From NCBI GenBank assembly GCA_965208685.1, contig CBDBPL010000005.1:14995-78994 (forward strand): a stretch of DNA of 64,000 nucleotides. Reading direction: 5' to 3'. The DNA is from Paracoccaceae bacterium. GTDB taxonomy: Bacteria > Pseudomonadota > Alphaproteobacteria > Rhodobacterales > Rhodobacteraceae. Positions within the stretch are counted from its first letter, which is position 1. The number at the start of each line of letters is the position of its first letter. The position numbers and the translations under genes were made by a program. Below the pieces are notes generated by a model. That model saw nothing but the letters and a program-made list of their open reading frames with translations, was not told where the DNA came from and searched no databases. Of the stretch, positions 20,062-30,594 are shown in pieces.

Positions 20062-20823
20062 TCAGGTCCTGCGGGGCCAGTCCGGTGGGGACAACGCGGA
20101 CTGAAACCAGTTCACGAAGCTCACTTGCGAGAAGACCGGAAGTCCCGTGGCGTTTCGGACCGCAGCCGCGTAAGGCGTCATGTTGGTGCATTCGAGCACG
20201 ATTGCACCTGTGTCGGGATGTTCCGCAACTAGGTCTTCAGCGGCGCCCACGTTGTCCGCCTCGGCCATCACCGGATCGAGTTCAGGTGAATTGCCCAGGA
20301 TGGCTTCCGTGAAATGCGCACGGCCCTCGGTCGTGCCGATGGGCGTGCCCTCTGGCACACCTGCGGCAGCCAGGTGCGCCTCGGTCAGGGACGAACGCGA
20401 GACGGTAAGGATGCCCGCTCGGCGGCTTGAAGGCAGGAGCGCGTTGACCGCGCGAAGCTGCATCAACGACGAGGTCAGCACGGGAACGTTGACAGCTGCA
20501 GACAGCTCTTCCTGGAAAATCGAGAGGAACCCGCAATTCGTGGTGATTCCGTCCACGCCGTCCGCCTCAAGATCCTGCGCCGCGATCCTGAAGGCATCCA
20601 GCAGCCCCTTCGCGCCCTGCCGGACCACGCGACCCGGCGACGCATTGCGCACGACCTTGTAGTGCACCGGAAAGCCCCACGTGCCCGCATTGCCCATGTC
20701 GCCCAGGATGCGCGGAAACCGGGCTTCGAGCATGAGGATGCCCACCGAAGCCCCGTAGACCGATTTTCCGCCCTTGATCATGGCCGTTGCCTCTTCCCGG
20801 ACATCGCGATTCGCTGCTGCCAA
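20062..20823 (-). CDS. Asp/Glu/hydantoin-racemase-like family protein
   Basis: GILMLEARFPRILGDMGNAGTWGFPVHYKVV...ITTNCGFLSIFQ...IVLECTNM matches the pattern of this family as I recall it. The start may be the internal ATG at 20781. Confidence 0.65.
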   Translation of the reverse strand: MAAANRDVREEATAMIKGGKSVYGASVGILMLEARFPRILGDMGNAGTWGFPVHYKVVRNASPGRVVRQGAKGLLDAFRIAAQDLEADGVDGITTNCGFLSIFQEELSAAVNVPVLTSSLMQLRAVNALLPSSRRAGILTVSRSSLTEAHLAAAGVPEGTPIGTTEGRAHFTEAILGNSPELDPVMAEADNVGAAEDLVAEHPDTGAIVLECTNMTPYAAAVRNATGLPVFSQVSFVNWFQSALSPPDWPRRT

Positions 20824-21201
20824 TTGCCTGCAAGTTTATCCACCTTTGTCCGGCAATGAAGCATGGAGCGGATCCGGCCTCAACGCTATGGCGAGCGATG
20901 CGCTGTGCCGTCGCCTGGACAACATGGTTCGGATAGCGTGAACCTGACAACACCGCGTGCATTGAGGCCCGCACAGTCACGCCTGCCGGGGAAGCGGACT
21001 GTCCTTCGCCGTCCGGGCTTGGCTACAACATGACCCAGCATCTCAGGCACACGGGCGGCCAGCCACTGACAACGGCGCAAGGTGTCTCGGCGTCTGCCTG
21101 CAAGTTCGTTCCGGATCAGTCGGGGCATTGCCGGAAAGAAATTGCGGACCACGCTGCGCTGTTGCAGGCTCCGCACCCAGGGCGGCGGAGGTGCTGAAAA
21201 T

Positions 21202-22470
21202 ATGGAAGAACCCCGAAAGACAGTCGCGGTCATTGGCGCAGGGATTGTCGGCGTATCGACTGCCATCTGGTGCCTCCGCGACGGGCACGACGTCATCCTG
21301 ATCGACAGGAGGGGACCCGCCGAAGGCGCCAGCCACGGCAACGGCGGTGTCCTGGCATCCAACGGCATCATCCCGGTGTCCGTGCCGGGACTGCTCCGAA
21401 ACGTGCCCGGCCTGCTCCTCGGTCGTGACCAGCCGCTCTTTCTCAAGTGGCAGTATCTGCCGCGCCTCCTTCCCTGGCTGACTCGCTTTCTGGGCCACGC
21501 GAATGCAAGCGACGTCCGCAGGCGGGCGGCGGCGATGGCGCGAATCGTGGGCGACAGCCTGGCCGAGCACCAGGCCTTGGCGAAGGACACTGGCGCCGAG
21601 AAATGGATTTGCCCCGCAGACTATGTCTTCCTCTATCGCGACCGTGCCCATTTCGAGAGCGATTCGTTGGGTTGGCGGATTCGGGCGGAACACGGATACA
21701 CGTGGGAGGAACTCGAAGACACGGCATTGCGCGAATACGATCCCGCCTTTGGCCCGTCGATCGGCTTCGGAGTCCGATGCCCGGACCATGGGCGGATCAG
21801 CGATCCTGGTCGCTACGTGGAGGACCTGGCACGACATGCCGAAACCAGGGGTGCGCGACTCCTGATCGGCGAGGTCACGGACGTCGTCCATGAGAATGGG
21901 CAGGTCACCGGCCTTCGCGTCGACGGCGAGACGGTCCGGTGCGATTCGGCCGTCCTCGCGGCGGGCGCATGGTCCGGACCGCTGGCCCGAAAGCTCGGGG
22001 TCAAGGTGCCAATGGAGAGCGAGCGGGGATACCATCTGGAGCTCTGGGAACCCACGATCATGCCGCGGTCACCGGTCATGATTGCCGCCGCCAAGTTCGT
22101 GGCAACTCCCATGGAAGGCCGCCTGCGGCTTGCCGGCATTGTCGAGTTCGGCGGCCTGGACGCGCCACCGTCGCGGGCACCTTTCAGGCTGCTCGAGAGA
22201 CAGATTCGCAAAGCCATGCCGGGCATCGCCTGGAAGGAAACCGTCGAATGGATGGGGCACCGCCCCTCCGTCGCTGACAGCACGCCGCTCATCGGCCCTG
22301 TGCCGGGCGTCGCAGGGGCCTTGATGGCCTTCGGCCACGATCACGTGGGACTGACGGGCGGACCCCGGACGGGTCGCCTGGTCTCGCAGCTCATCACGGG
22401 AAGACAACCGAATCTTGAACTGACCCCCTATTCCCCTGCACGATACGCAAGTGCACGTCGTCCGACGTGA
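21202..22470 (+). CDS. FAD-dependent oxidoreductase (D-amino-acid dehydrogenase-like)
   Basis: Rossmann N-terminus VAVIGAGIVGVSTAIWCLRDGHDVILIDR with a DAO-family layout. ATG 21202 lies inside ORF 21082..22470. Confidence 0.8.
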   Translation: MEEPRKTVAVIGAGIVGVSTAIWCLRDGHDVILIDRRGPAEGASHGNGGVLASNGIIPVSVPGLLRNVPGLLLGRDQPLFLKWQYLPRLLPWLTRFLGHANASDVRRRAAAMARIVGDSLAEHQALAKDTGAEKWICPADYVFLYRDRAHFESDSLGWRIRAEHGYTWEELEDTALREYDPAFGPSIGFGVRCPDHGRISDPGRYVEDLARHAETRGARLLIGEVTDVVHENGQVTGLRVDGETVRCDSAVLAAGAWSGPLARKLGVKVPMESERGYHLELWEPTIMPRSPVMIAAAKFVATPMEGRLRLAGIVEFGGLDAPPSRAPFRLLERQIRKAMPGIAWKETVEWMGHRPSVADSTPLIGPVPGVAGALMAFGHDHVGLTGGPRTGRLVSQLITGRQPNLELTPYSPARYASARRPT

Positions 22471-22896
22471 TCCATCCAGGAGAACCTGCGAGGCATTGCC
22501 TCAGACCGACGAGACGGGTCGTCGGCGTGGTGAAGGACTCCGGTCGCTGTTCCGCTCCGCGGCCTGACCCGCCTGATTGAGCCACGTGGCCTGGCCGGCG
22601 CCGCAAAGCGCCGCGTGGGGAACCCATTGACCGGAGTCCAGGACATGATCTTGGCTCGTTCCGGCGGAAAGGCACTCAAGGATCACGTGACGCTGGAGCT
22701 TGAATGCTACGACAGGCTCCATTTCAACGCCTGCACCTCTCTTCTGCAAGGACCCCGGACGCATGTCGCCGATCGTCTGGAACTCCTCCCTGGCCCGGTC
22801 GCGGGCTTCGATGAGCGCGTCGAAGCGTGCCATGTGGACTGTCCTGCTCGGAGATCGCGGGACAAGGATCGTGCCCTGCAATCTTGTCCAGTTATT

Positions 22897-22936
22897 TTCC
22901 TCAAGGCGAAGGTGCATTCCTCAAGGCAAAGGTGCA
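22897..22936. repeat. tandem 20-bp direct repeat
   Basis: ttcctcaaggcgaaggtgca / ttcctcaaggcaaaggtgca with one mismatch, in an intergenic stretch of lower GC. Confidence 0.8.
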
Positions 22937-23567
22937 AAATTCGGTGCCCTCGTGATCACCTGGAAGTCCGAACGATTTTGTCGTGCACCGTCGCTTGCAA
23001 GCCGCGGTGACGCGGGTTAGCGTCTTCTCAATTTTGGGGAGATTCGGTGGTGGAGCACTTGAGGATTCCATTCGGCAACCTCGGCTTACTGCTGGTGCTC
23101 GCGCGGAGACTGGTGCATCTATGGCGCTGCAAGGCGGGCATCGAGCATCACTTAGGTGGATGGGCTGCTGGAAGCCTTGCGATCTTCTCGATCGGCACGC
23201 CGATCATGCTGTCCTTGACCATTGGCACGTGTTTCAGGGTGGTCGCAGTCCTCGGCTTCCCGAGTTGGGCCGGAATGCCGATTGCGGCGCCCGGCATCGA
23301 TAACTTCGACCGTTCATTGAACCGGTAGTCGGGAGGCTGCCGAGGAAAACTTGGAAATGGAGAGGGCCATGGTCAAGGAATCGCTTGTCAAGCCACACTG
23401 CTATCACCTGAAGATGGCCGAGATCGAAGAGGAGTTCATCATGCCCCTCACGCCGGAAGTGCTCGCCGGTCTCGTTCCCCGTCCTGTCAAGGTCGTCAAG
23501 GGTCCCGAAGCGTGACGGCCTTCAATCTGTGAATTTGCAAAATAACCCCCAATGATGAGGTGTCTAG

Positions 23568-24548
23568 ATGTCCAACTCAATGACTTTCCTGGCTGCGGGC
23601 GTTGTCGCCCTAACCATGACCGCAACGCCGGTCGTGGCCGAGAAGTGGGATATGCCCATGGCCTATTCCGGCTCCAACTTTCACTCGGTGACCGGTGCCG
23701 AGTTCGCGAAATGCGTGACGACCGGCACGGGAGGCGAGATCGAGATCGTGACCCACCCGAGCGGAAGTCTCTTCCCCGGAGCCCAGATCAAGCGTGCGAT
23801 CCAGACCGGTCAGGTGCCGATCGGCGAGCGCCTGCTTTCGGGCCACCAGAACGAGAATGCGCTGTTCGGCGTCGACTCCGTGCCGTTCCTCGCAACAAGC
23901 TTCGACGATGCAGACAAGCTATGGGAAGCTGCGAAACCCACCATCGCGAATACCTTGGCAGACCAGGGCCTGCACCTGCTCTATTCCGTCGCATGGCCGC
24001 CCCAAGGTCTCTATTTTCGCGATGCCGTTAGTTCGGTCGCGGACATGAAGGGCATCAAGTTCCGTTCGTACAACAATGCAACCTCGCGCCTTGCGGAGCT
24101 GACAGGCATGCTGCCAGTCACGATCGAAGCGGCCGAGATCAGCCAGGCCTTTGCCACCGGCGTGGCTGACGCGATGGTTTCGTCGGGCTCCACTGGCTAT
24201 GACCGGAAGGTCTGGGAATCGCTGAACTACTTCTACGAAGTGGACGCATGGTTGCCGCGCAACTATGTCCTGGTGAACTCCGCAGTCTGGGACGGCGTTT
24301 CGGACCAGAACAAGAACGTCATCAACGCCTGTGCGGGACTAGCCGAATATGCAGGCAACTGGAGGGCCAAGGAGTACACCGGCTTCACGCTCCAAGGCCT
24401 TCGGGACGGCGGCATGACGGTCGCGCCCGCTTCTGACCAGATGAAAGCCGAGTTGCAGGAAATCGGCAAGGTCATGACCGCCGAGTGGCTTGAAGCCGCC
24501 GGCGCCGAAGGTCAGGCAATTGTCGACAGGTTCATGTCGCTGAAGTGA
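23568..24548 (+). CDS. dctP: TRAP transporter substrate-binding protein (DctP family)
   Basis: Signal peptide plus a DctP-like fold pattern, followed by the two TRAP permease genes. Confidence 0.85.
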   Translation: MSNSMTFLAAGVVALTMTATPVVAEKWDMPMAYSGSNFHSVTGAEFAKCVTTGTGGEIEIVTHPSGSLFPGAQIKRAIQTGQVPIGERLLSGHQNENALFGVDSVPFLATSFDDADKLWEAAKPTIANTLADQGLHLLYSVAWPPQGLYFRDAVSSVADMKGIKFRSYNNATSRLAELTGMLPVTIEAAEISQAFATGVADAMVSSGSTGYDRKVWESLNYFYEVDAWLPRNYVLVNSAVWDGVSDQNKNVINACAGLAEYAGNWRAKEYTGFTLQGLRDGGMTVAPASDQMKAELQEIGKVMTAEWLEAAGAEGQAIVDRFMSLK

Positions 24549-24865
24549 TCAAGACGGACGGGCGCGCCTGTCGCGCCCGTTCACGCCAATTCTGAGCGAG
24601 GTGAAAGGTGTCGGCAGAGACGCGCTCCGTGAATCGCCCGACTGGCCGGGATTGGTTGACCGCTCGCGGGCTTGCGTGTGCGATCTTCGCAGGAACGGTA
24701 CGGTTGCCTTCAGTTGCGACAAGGGCGCAGAGGCCATCGAGAGTCGCGTCGGGGATGGCGACGCGCCCGAGCGGAGGGCATCTTGGTCCACAGCATGCAC
24801 TTGGTGCGGCGGGAATCGTGCAGATGTCGCCGCGCCCGCAAAGAAGTCAGTGACGGCGAGCCGCC

Positions 24866-25390
24866 ATGACGCTTGTCCGCCGTGCCCTTGATTCGGTCTA
24901 CGTTGCGGCAGGTGTTCTTGCCGCGTGTTGCCTCATTGCCATTCTGGGCCTCATCGTGATCCAGATGCTCGCGCGCTGGACCGGCGAGGTCTTTCCGGGC
25001 GCGCCCGAGTATGCCGGCTACTTCATGGCCGCCGCATCGTTTCTTGCCTTTGCCAACGCCCTCAGCAGGGGCAGCCATATCCGGGTTTCGATCGTGCTGA
25101 ACGCGCTCTCCCCTCGCCGGAGGCGTCTCCTGGAAATCTGGTGCTTCGCTATCGGCACCGTCACTGCATGGTATTTCGTCTACTTTGCGGTGCGCTTCGT
25201 CTACTGGTCCTGGAAATTCAATGACATCAGCCAGGGCCAGGACCGAACCGAACTCTGGATTCCCCAAAGCTTCGTTCTTGCCGGGGCGATCATCTTCGCG
25301 GTGGCGCTCACGGACAACCTCCTCAACCTGATCTTCAAGGGCGAACACCGCATTTCGCGGGACCAGATCGAACAAGGATTGGGAGGGTAG
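24866..25390 (+). CDS. dctQ: TRAP transporter small permease (DctQ family)
   Basis: 174 aa with four hydrophobic helices, lying between the DctP and DctM genes. Confidence 0.8.
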   Translation: MTLVRRALDSVYVAAGVLAACCLIAILGLIVIQMLARWTGEVFPGAPEYAGYFMAAASFLAFANALSRGSHIRVSIVLNALSPRRRRLLEIWCFAIGTVTAWYFVYFAVRFVYWSWKFNDISQGQDRTELWIPQSFVLAGAIIFAVALTDNLLNLIFKGEHRISRDQIEQGLGG

Positions 25391-25393
25391 TTC

Positions 25394-26701
25394 ATGGAAG
25401 ACGCCTCGATCATCGTCCTGTTCCTCTTCGTGCTCTTCCTGCTGCTGGGATCGGGCGTCTGGGTCGGCCTGTCGCTGATCGGCGTTGCGTGGGTCGGAAT
25501 GGAGCTGTTCACGACCAGGCCGGTTGGCGACACGATGCTCACGACGATCTGGTCCTCCTCATCCTCATGGACGCTGACCGCCCTGCCCCTGTTCATCTGG
25601 ATGGGAGAGATCCTCTACCGAACCCGCCTGTCAGAGGACATGTTTCGCGGTCTCAGCCCGTGGATGAAGTCGCTGCCGGGCGGCCTTGTCCACACCAACA
25701 TCGTCGGCTGCACGGTCTTTGCGGCCGTCTCGGGATCTTCGGCGGCAACGCTGACCACGGTTGGCAAAATGTCCATTCCTGAACTCAGGAAGCGGAACTA
25801 TCCTGAGCCGATGGTCATCGGCACTCTTGCCGGCGCCGCCACGCTGGGCCTCATGATCCCGCCATCGCTGACCCTCATCGTATACGGGGTCACGATCAAC
25901 GAATCGATCTCCAAGCTCTTCTTCGCCGGAATCGTGCCGGGGCTTGTGCTTGCCGCGATGTTCATGGCGTACGTGGCGATCTACAGCCGTGTGTCGCGGT
26001 CCTGGAAACCGGATGCCGAGCCGCCGATGACGTTTTCCGAACGCGTCGCGAATTCGCGCTTCCTGATCCCGGTGATCTGCCTGATCCTGGTGGTTATCGG
26101 CTCGATGTATCTTGGCTATGCCACGGCCACCGAAGCGGCCGCGTTCGGCGTGATCGGCGGCCTGATTCTTGCCGCCAGCCAAGGCTCGCTCAACTGGAAG
26201 ACCTTTACTGAAAGCCTGATGGGAGCGACCCGGACGAGCGCCATGATCGCGCTCATTCTCGCGGGCGCCGCGTTCCTCTCGCTCTCGATGGGGTTCACGG
26301 GGCTGCCGCGCGGACTCGCCGATCTCATTGCACAGTGGGAGCTGTCGCGGTTCGAATTGCTCATGGTGCTTCTTGTCTTCTACATCATCCTGGGCTGCTT
26401 TCTCGACGGCATTTCCTCTGTCGTGCTGACGATGGCGGTCGTGGAGCCCATGATTCGCGACGCCGGAATAGATCTCATCTGGTTCGGCATCTTCATCGTG
26501 GTTGTCGTTGAAATGGCCCAGATCACTCCGCCAATTGGTTTCAACCTGTTCGTGCTCCAGGGGATGACACATCACGAAATGAATTTCATCGCAAAGTCCG
26601 CGATCCCGATGTTCCTGATCATGGTGCTGATGGTCTTCGTGCTGATCGCCGTTCCGGATCTTGCGACCTGGCTGCCCGATCAAATGAGACAACGACCGTG
26701 A
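25394..26701 (+). CDS. dctM: TRAP transporter large permease (DctM family)
   Basis: 435-aa polytopic protein with typical DctM sequence (GLPRGLADLI..., ITPPIGFNLFVLQG). Confidence 0.9.
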   Translation: MEDASIIVLFLFVLFLLLGSGVWVGLSLIGVAWVGMELFTTRPVGDTMLTTIWSSSSSWTLTALPLFIWMGEILYRTRLSEDMFRGLSPWMKSLPGGLVHTNIVGCTVFAAVSGSSAATLTTVGKMSIPELRKRNYPEPMVIGTLAGAATLGLMIPPSLTLIVYGVTINESISKLFFAGIVPGLVLAAMFMAYVAIYSRVSRSWKPDAEPPMTFSERVANSRFLIPVICLILVVIGSMYLGYATATEAAAFGVIGGLILAASQGSLNWKTFTESLMGATRTSAMIALILAGAAFLSLSMGFTGLPRGLADLIAQWELSRFELLMVLLVFYIILGCFLDGISSVVLTMAVVEPMIRDAGIDLIWFGIFIVVVVEMAQITPPIGFNLFVLQGMTHHEMNFIAKSAIPMFLIMVLMVFVLIAVPDLATWLPDQMRQRP

Positions 26702-26912
26702 ATGCGGCGTAACGCCGAAGTTGCCGGCGACATTCCGGCGGGAAGAGATTCCTTTGGCTCAATGACTTGGTCAAGATCGAGAAGTGCGAACCGATTCGGG
26801 GCGATGAGCGAACCTGACTGCCTCTGGGCAACCTGGCTGCCCAGCATTCGCGGCGGATCAGCCGCGGGCACAGATTCATGCCTTGGAATCCTGTCGGATC
26901 TATCGTGGGTCG

Positions 26913-27908
26913 TCAGCAGTATTTTTGCGGTCCGATCCACTGCCGCGTGGAATAGCGGTCCCCATGGCACCAGCCGATCGGCAGCTGACGTTCGATCTCG
27001 GCCTTCAGGTCCGCACCCAAGTCCAAGTTGGCCCCTTCCACCAATTCGGCGAAATGGTCGCAGTTTCGGGTGCCAGGGATCACCAGCGTGGACGGGCTTT
27101 GGGCCAGAACCCAGGCTATCGCCAGCGCCGCGGTGGAACAACCTGCCTCACCCGCCAGATCGCGCAGCGGCTGGCTTGCGGCCAGGTTGCGTTCGAGGTT
27201 GCCGCCGGAAAACCGCGGATTGGACTTCATGAAAGCCGAGGCCTCCATCCCATCGGGCGTCGGCGGGGCATCGGTCAGCAATCCACGCCCGACCGGAGAG
27301 AACGCGACGAGCGAGATCCCGAGCCGTTCGCATGCCTGGACCAGCCCCAGCTCCGGCGACCGTGTCTGCAGCGAATACTCGGACTGCACCGCCGCGACTG
27401 GATGAATCTCCGACGCGCGCGCCAGAGTGGTCGGCGCGACTTCCGACAACCCGATCCGGCCAATCTTGCCGGCCTCAACCAGGCGCGCGTAGGTGCCGAC
27501 GACCTCCTCCACCGGCACGTCCGGATCGAGACGATGGAGGTAGAAGAGCGCGATCCGTTCAACGCCCAGCCGCGCAAGGCTCTTGTCCAGTTCGCCCTCG
27601 ATATGCGCAGGACTGTTGTCGAAGTTGCGCCCGGTCTCGGGGTCGCGTGAAATGCCAGCCTTGGTGGCCAGGACGAAAGGCGTCTCGCCCTTTCGGCGGG
27701 CAAGGTAGCTGCCGATGATTTCCTCCGAGCGTCCCATGCCGTAGACGTTGGCCGTGTCCAGATGAGTCACGCCGGCGTCGAGCGCGGCGTCCAGGATCGC
27801 GTGGCTCTCTTCCACGGTCGCGTTGCCATAGATGCCGGCAAAGGACATCGCGCCGACGCCAAGGACCGATACGGGCGGCCCGCCCTTACCCAATGTTCGC
27901 AATTTCAT
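26913..27908 (-). CDS. aldo/keto reductase
   Basis: MKLRTLGKGGPPVSVLGVGAMSFAGIYG...GVTHLDTANVYGMGRSEE. ATG 27908 lies inside ORF 26913..28034. Confidence 0.85.
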   Translation of the reverse strand: MKLRTLGKGGPPVSVLGVGAMSFAGIYGNATVEESHAILDAALDAGVTHLDTANVYGMGRSEEIIGSYLARRKGETPFVLATKAGISRDPETGRNFDNSPAHIEGELDKSLARLGVERIALFYLHRLDPDVPVEEVVGTYARLVEAGKIGRIGLSEVAPTTLARASEIHPVAAVQSEYSLQTRSPELGLVQACERLGISLVAFSPVGRGLLTDAPPTPDGMEASAFMKSNPRFSGGNLERNLAASQPLRDLAGEAGCSTAALAIAWVLAQSPSTLVIPGTRNCDHFAELVEGANLDLGADLKAEIERQLPIGWCHGDRYSTRQWIGPQKYC

Positions 27909-28350
27909 GATGCAAGATTCCTCGGAAAGATGCCTTTCGGTTGATTCTGGGATCAGACCTGCGCAAGGCACGGTGGATGGCATGCGTGCCGACGGAAGCC
28001 GGGATTGACTCGATTCTTCCGCTGCATGTGGCACGTCTCCATTCGCAAGTGTCGGTCGTCCGGCTGTTCAGGCTGCGACAACGCGGTGCCGTGATGACCG
28101 TTCCCTCCGACCGCATCAGCCGCAGGCGCAGGCCCAGATGCTTCTCGTGGTTCCCGTCTGCGCCTTTGACCGCCGGCAAGACCCCGACGTTCTTCACGCG
28201 TCTGCAATTCGTCGACCTGCACCGGACCTCGATCACGCGTGATCCCACGGACATGGCCTTAGCCCGACATTCGACCTTTCGCAACTTGCGTCTCAGTTCG
28301 CGAAATTCGCAAGCGGTTGCCGCCGAAATCCTGCTCCGGGTCTGCGGTCG

Positions 28351-29529
28351 TTAATTCAACAGGACCGGAAGGCAGGTGGGGCCATGGAAACCGAAGCCCC
28401 GCCAGATCACCGCACTGGGGTCCGGCAACGTCATGTCAGGAAACCGGTCGAACAAAATGGGCAGCATGATCTGTCCGATGGCGCGACGGGCAACATGCGC
28501 ACCCAGGCAGAAGTGCGGCCCGTTGCCAAAGGACTGGTGCGGATTCCATTCGCGGCCGACGATGAACGCCTCGCCGTCCTCGTAGAGGTCCTCGTCCCGG
28601 TTGGCGCTGGCCTGAATGGTCATGACCGTGTCTCCTCTCGGAATCAGGCAGCCTCGAATTTCGGTGTCCTCCGTGACAAGGCGCGACGACACCGAAATCG
28701 GCGCAACCCAGCGGATGCCCTCTTCGAAGGCCCTTTCCCAGTCGGCATTGCGCTTCACCTCCTCGAGCTGGTCTGGATTGGCCAGCAGTCCGTACAGTGT
28801 CGTGTTCAAGGCATCGCGCGGCTCGTTGATGCCACCGCCGATTGCGATCTTGATGTTGGCGTGAATCTGGGTCTCGGGGATCGGGTCGTCGGCGTTCAGC
28901 ATCACGGAGAACGCCGAACTGTTCGGTTCCGCCAAGTGCCTGCGACGCACACGGTCGAAGAGCGCGTGCATCTCCTCGTTGGCGCGGTCGACGCGCTCGA
29001 AGGGCTCGTCCCGCCACCCGAAATTTCCCGCCCCGTCGATCAGCGCCTGCGACCAGCGCTGCATCTCCTCGTCCGAGGCCTCCTCAAGACCGAGCAGAAT
29101 CGCCAGGCCACGCGCCGCATAGGGCCCGGAGAGCGCCGGAAACAGGTCAACGACTTCGCCGCGAGGCAGCCGCGCGACATAGTCTTCGGCAATTCCGCGA
29201 TACTGCGGCATCCATTCGTCCCGCATCACCTTGGGGGCAAAGGCGGGCGCCATGGCCATGCGCTCGCGCAGATGCGCGTCGCCGTCCTTGCGCATGAGCG
29301 TGTGCGCCCAGAAGGCGCGCTTCATCGGCGTGTTCGGATCGTCGGAACTGAACAGCTTCGGGTGGTCCTTTACGTATTTCGTGTCGGCGGCTTTCGTCAG
29401 GAACGTCCGTCCTGCCGCCTTGACCCGCAGCACCGGCGCCTCGCGGCGCAATCGCCGGTAGATCGGAAACGGGTCGCGGTTGAGCTGGTCAAGCGTGATC
29501 GCATCGTCGAGCGGCGCAAGGTCGGTCAT
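28351..29529 (-). CDS. cytochrome P450
   Basis: Heme-binding loop FGNGPHFCLGAHVARR and I-helix-like AIGGGINEPRD. ATG 29529 (MTDLAPLDD) lies inside ORF 28351..29646. Confidence 0.85.
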   Translation of the reverse strand: MTDLAPLDDAITLDQLNRDPFPIYRRLRREAPVLRVKAAGRTFLTKAADTKYVKDHPKLFSSDDPNTPMKRAFWAHTLMRKDGDAHLRERMAMAPAFAPKVMRDEWMPQYRGIAEDYVARLPRGEVVDLFPALSGPYAARGLAILLGLEEASDEEMQRWSQALIDGAGNFGWRDEPFERVDRANEEMHALFDRVRRRHLAEPNSSAFSVMLNADDPIPETQIHANIKIAIGGGINEPRDALNTTLYGLLANPDQLEEVKRNADWERAFEEGIRWVAPISVSSRLVTEDTEIRGCLIPRGDTVMTIQASANRDEDLYEDGEAFIVGREWNPHQSFGNGPHFCLGAHVARRAIGQIMLPILFDRFPDMTLPDPSAVIWRGFGFHGPTCLPVLLN

Positions 29530-30594
29530 TCTCGTCTCCCGTAGCTCCTTCGATTCCGGCACGCCCGACGGCGCATCGTGGCATGATGTGGTTCCTCGGC
29601 ACTCTGTCTCGCCAAGCAATCGACGCGCGCCTTCCTTTGGAACCAAGCGGCCGCACCCATTCCATGAACGACGACGCCTCGACGTCCTTCAGCCATCGGT
29701 CTGGCCCAAGTGCAAACCATTTGGAGTCGAACGGCGTCTTCTCCTCCAGAACCGAGTCGGCGCACCGGATGAACTTCTCCGGAAGGCGCTTCAAGGGCCA
29801 GCCAGTCATGTGATGGCAGACACTAGTCATATGCTGCGTGGTGGCCAACCCCTCCTCAGTCCATGGCAATGAAGGGCGGGAACGGGCAACGGGCATGCAA
29901 AGAAAATCCGCCGCCACGTCTCCCAGGCGCATCGGGCCGGAATACTCAAGCGAAATGTGCATTCCTTCCCGCGTTCCAGGGCGGAGCCCGTCGGCCCTGT
30001 ATGCGTGAGTGTGGCGAAGCCCGATATGCGACGGAGACCAAAGACGCCGCGACCATCGGGAATGTGAGCTGGGGATTCCGACATGGGCCGGCAGACACGC
30101 GCGTTGCCTTTGCTCGGGGAGGCGGACCGCCGCGTACCCTTGCTGCATGCGTGCCCATGCACGACTCGAAACGGGCGATAGGCGCTGCGGACAGGCAAAT
30201 CGCACGTTGTTCGCGGGCAAAGGGGCGCGACGCAAGCGGTCGGTGCAGCCTCCCTGGTTCGCGTTGCGGTGCGGGCGCACGACCGACCATAGTGCCGCGT
30301 GACGAATTCCGCATCGCGAACAGGGCATCCACGAGGACTTGGCCAGTGATGCTGACCCTTACCCGACGGGAAATGCGATGCGGAAGGAATGGCGGGTTCA
30401 GGAACGCTTCTTCCGGTTTCATTCATTGGCTCCGCAGCCAGCATTTCGGCAAGCGGTGCCGCGCGCTTGTACTTGAATTTCGCGCTGACAGGGCTAGCGT
30501 ACGCGGCAAGGGTGTTGGTGACGCCCTCACCCAAACGCTCGAACGAGGACCGACCGCGTGGCCATCGTCGCCACGCGTGGCCAAGGAGGACACC

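Noticed and set aside
22501-22917. 138-aa ORF whose internal MARFDALIEARDRAREEFQTIGDMRPGSL segment looks like the start of a real protein
   Set aside because: Only about 30 codons look protein-like and the remainder is low-quality sequence with no motif. It is probably a gene stub, and there is not enough to annotate.
23357-23515. 52-aa ORF (MERAMVKESLVKPHCYHLKMAEIEEEF...) upstream of the TRAP operon
   Set aside because: It is below any confidence threshold, with no motif and no clear RBS. Its position before dctP could equally be leader sequence.
29863-30594. 244-codon N-terminal extension of the first integrase ORF
   Set aside because: The extension is Arg/Gly/Ala-rich with no integrase arm-domain motifs. 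A strong aaggagga RBS precedes the internal ATG at 30595.
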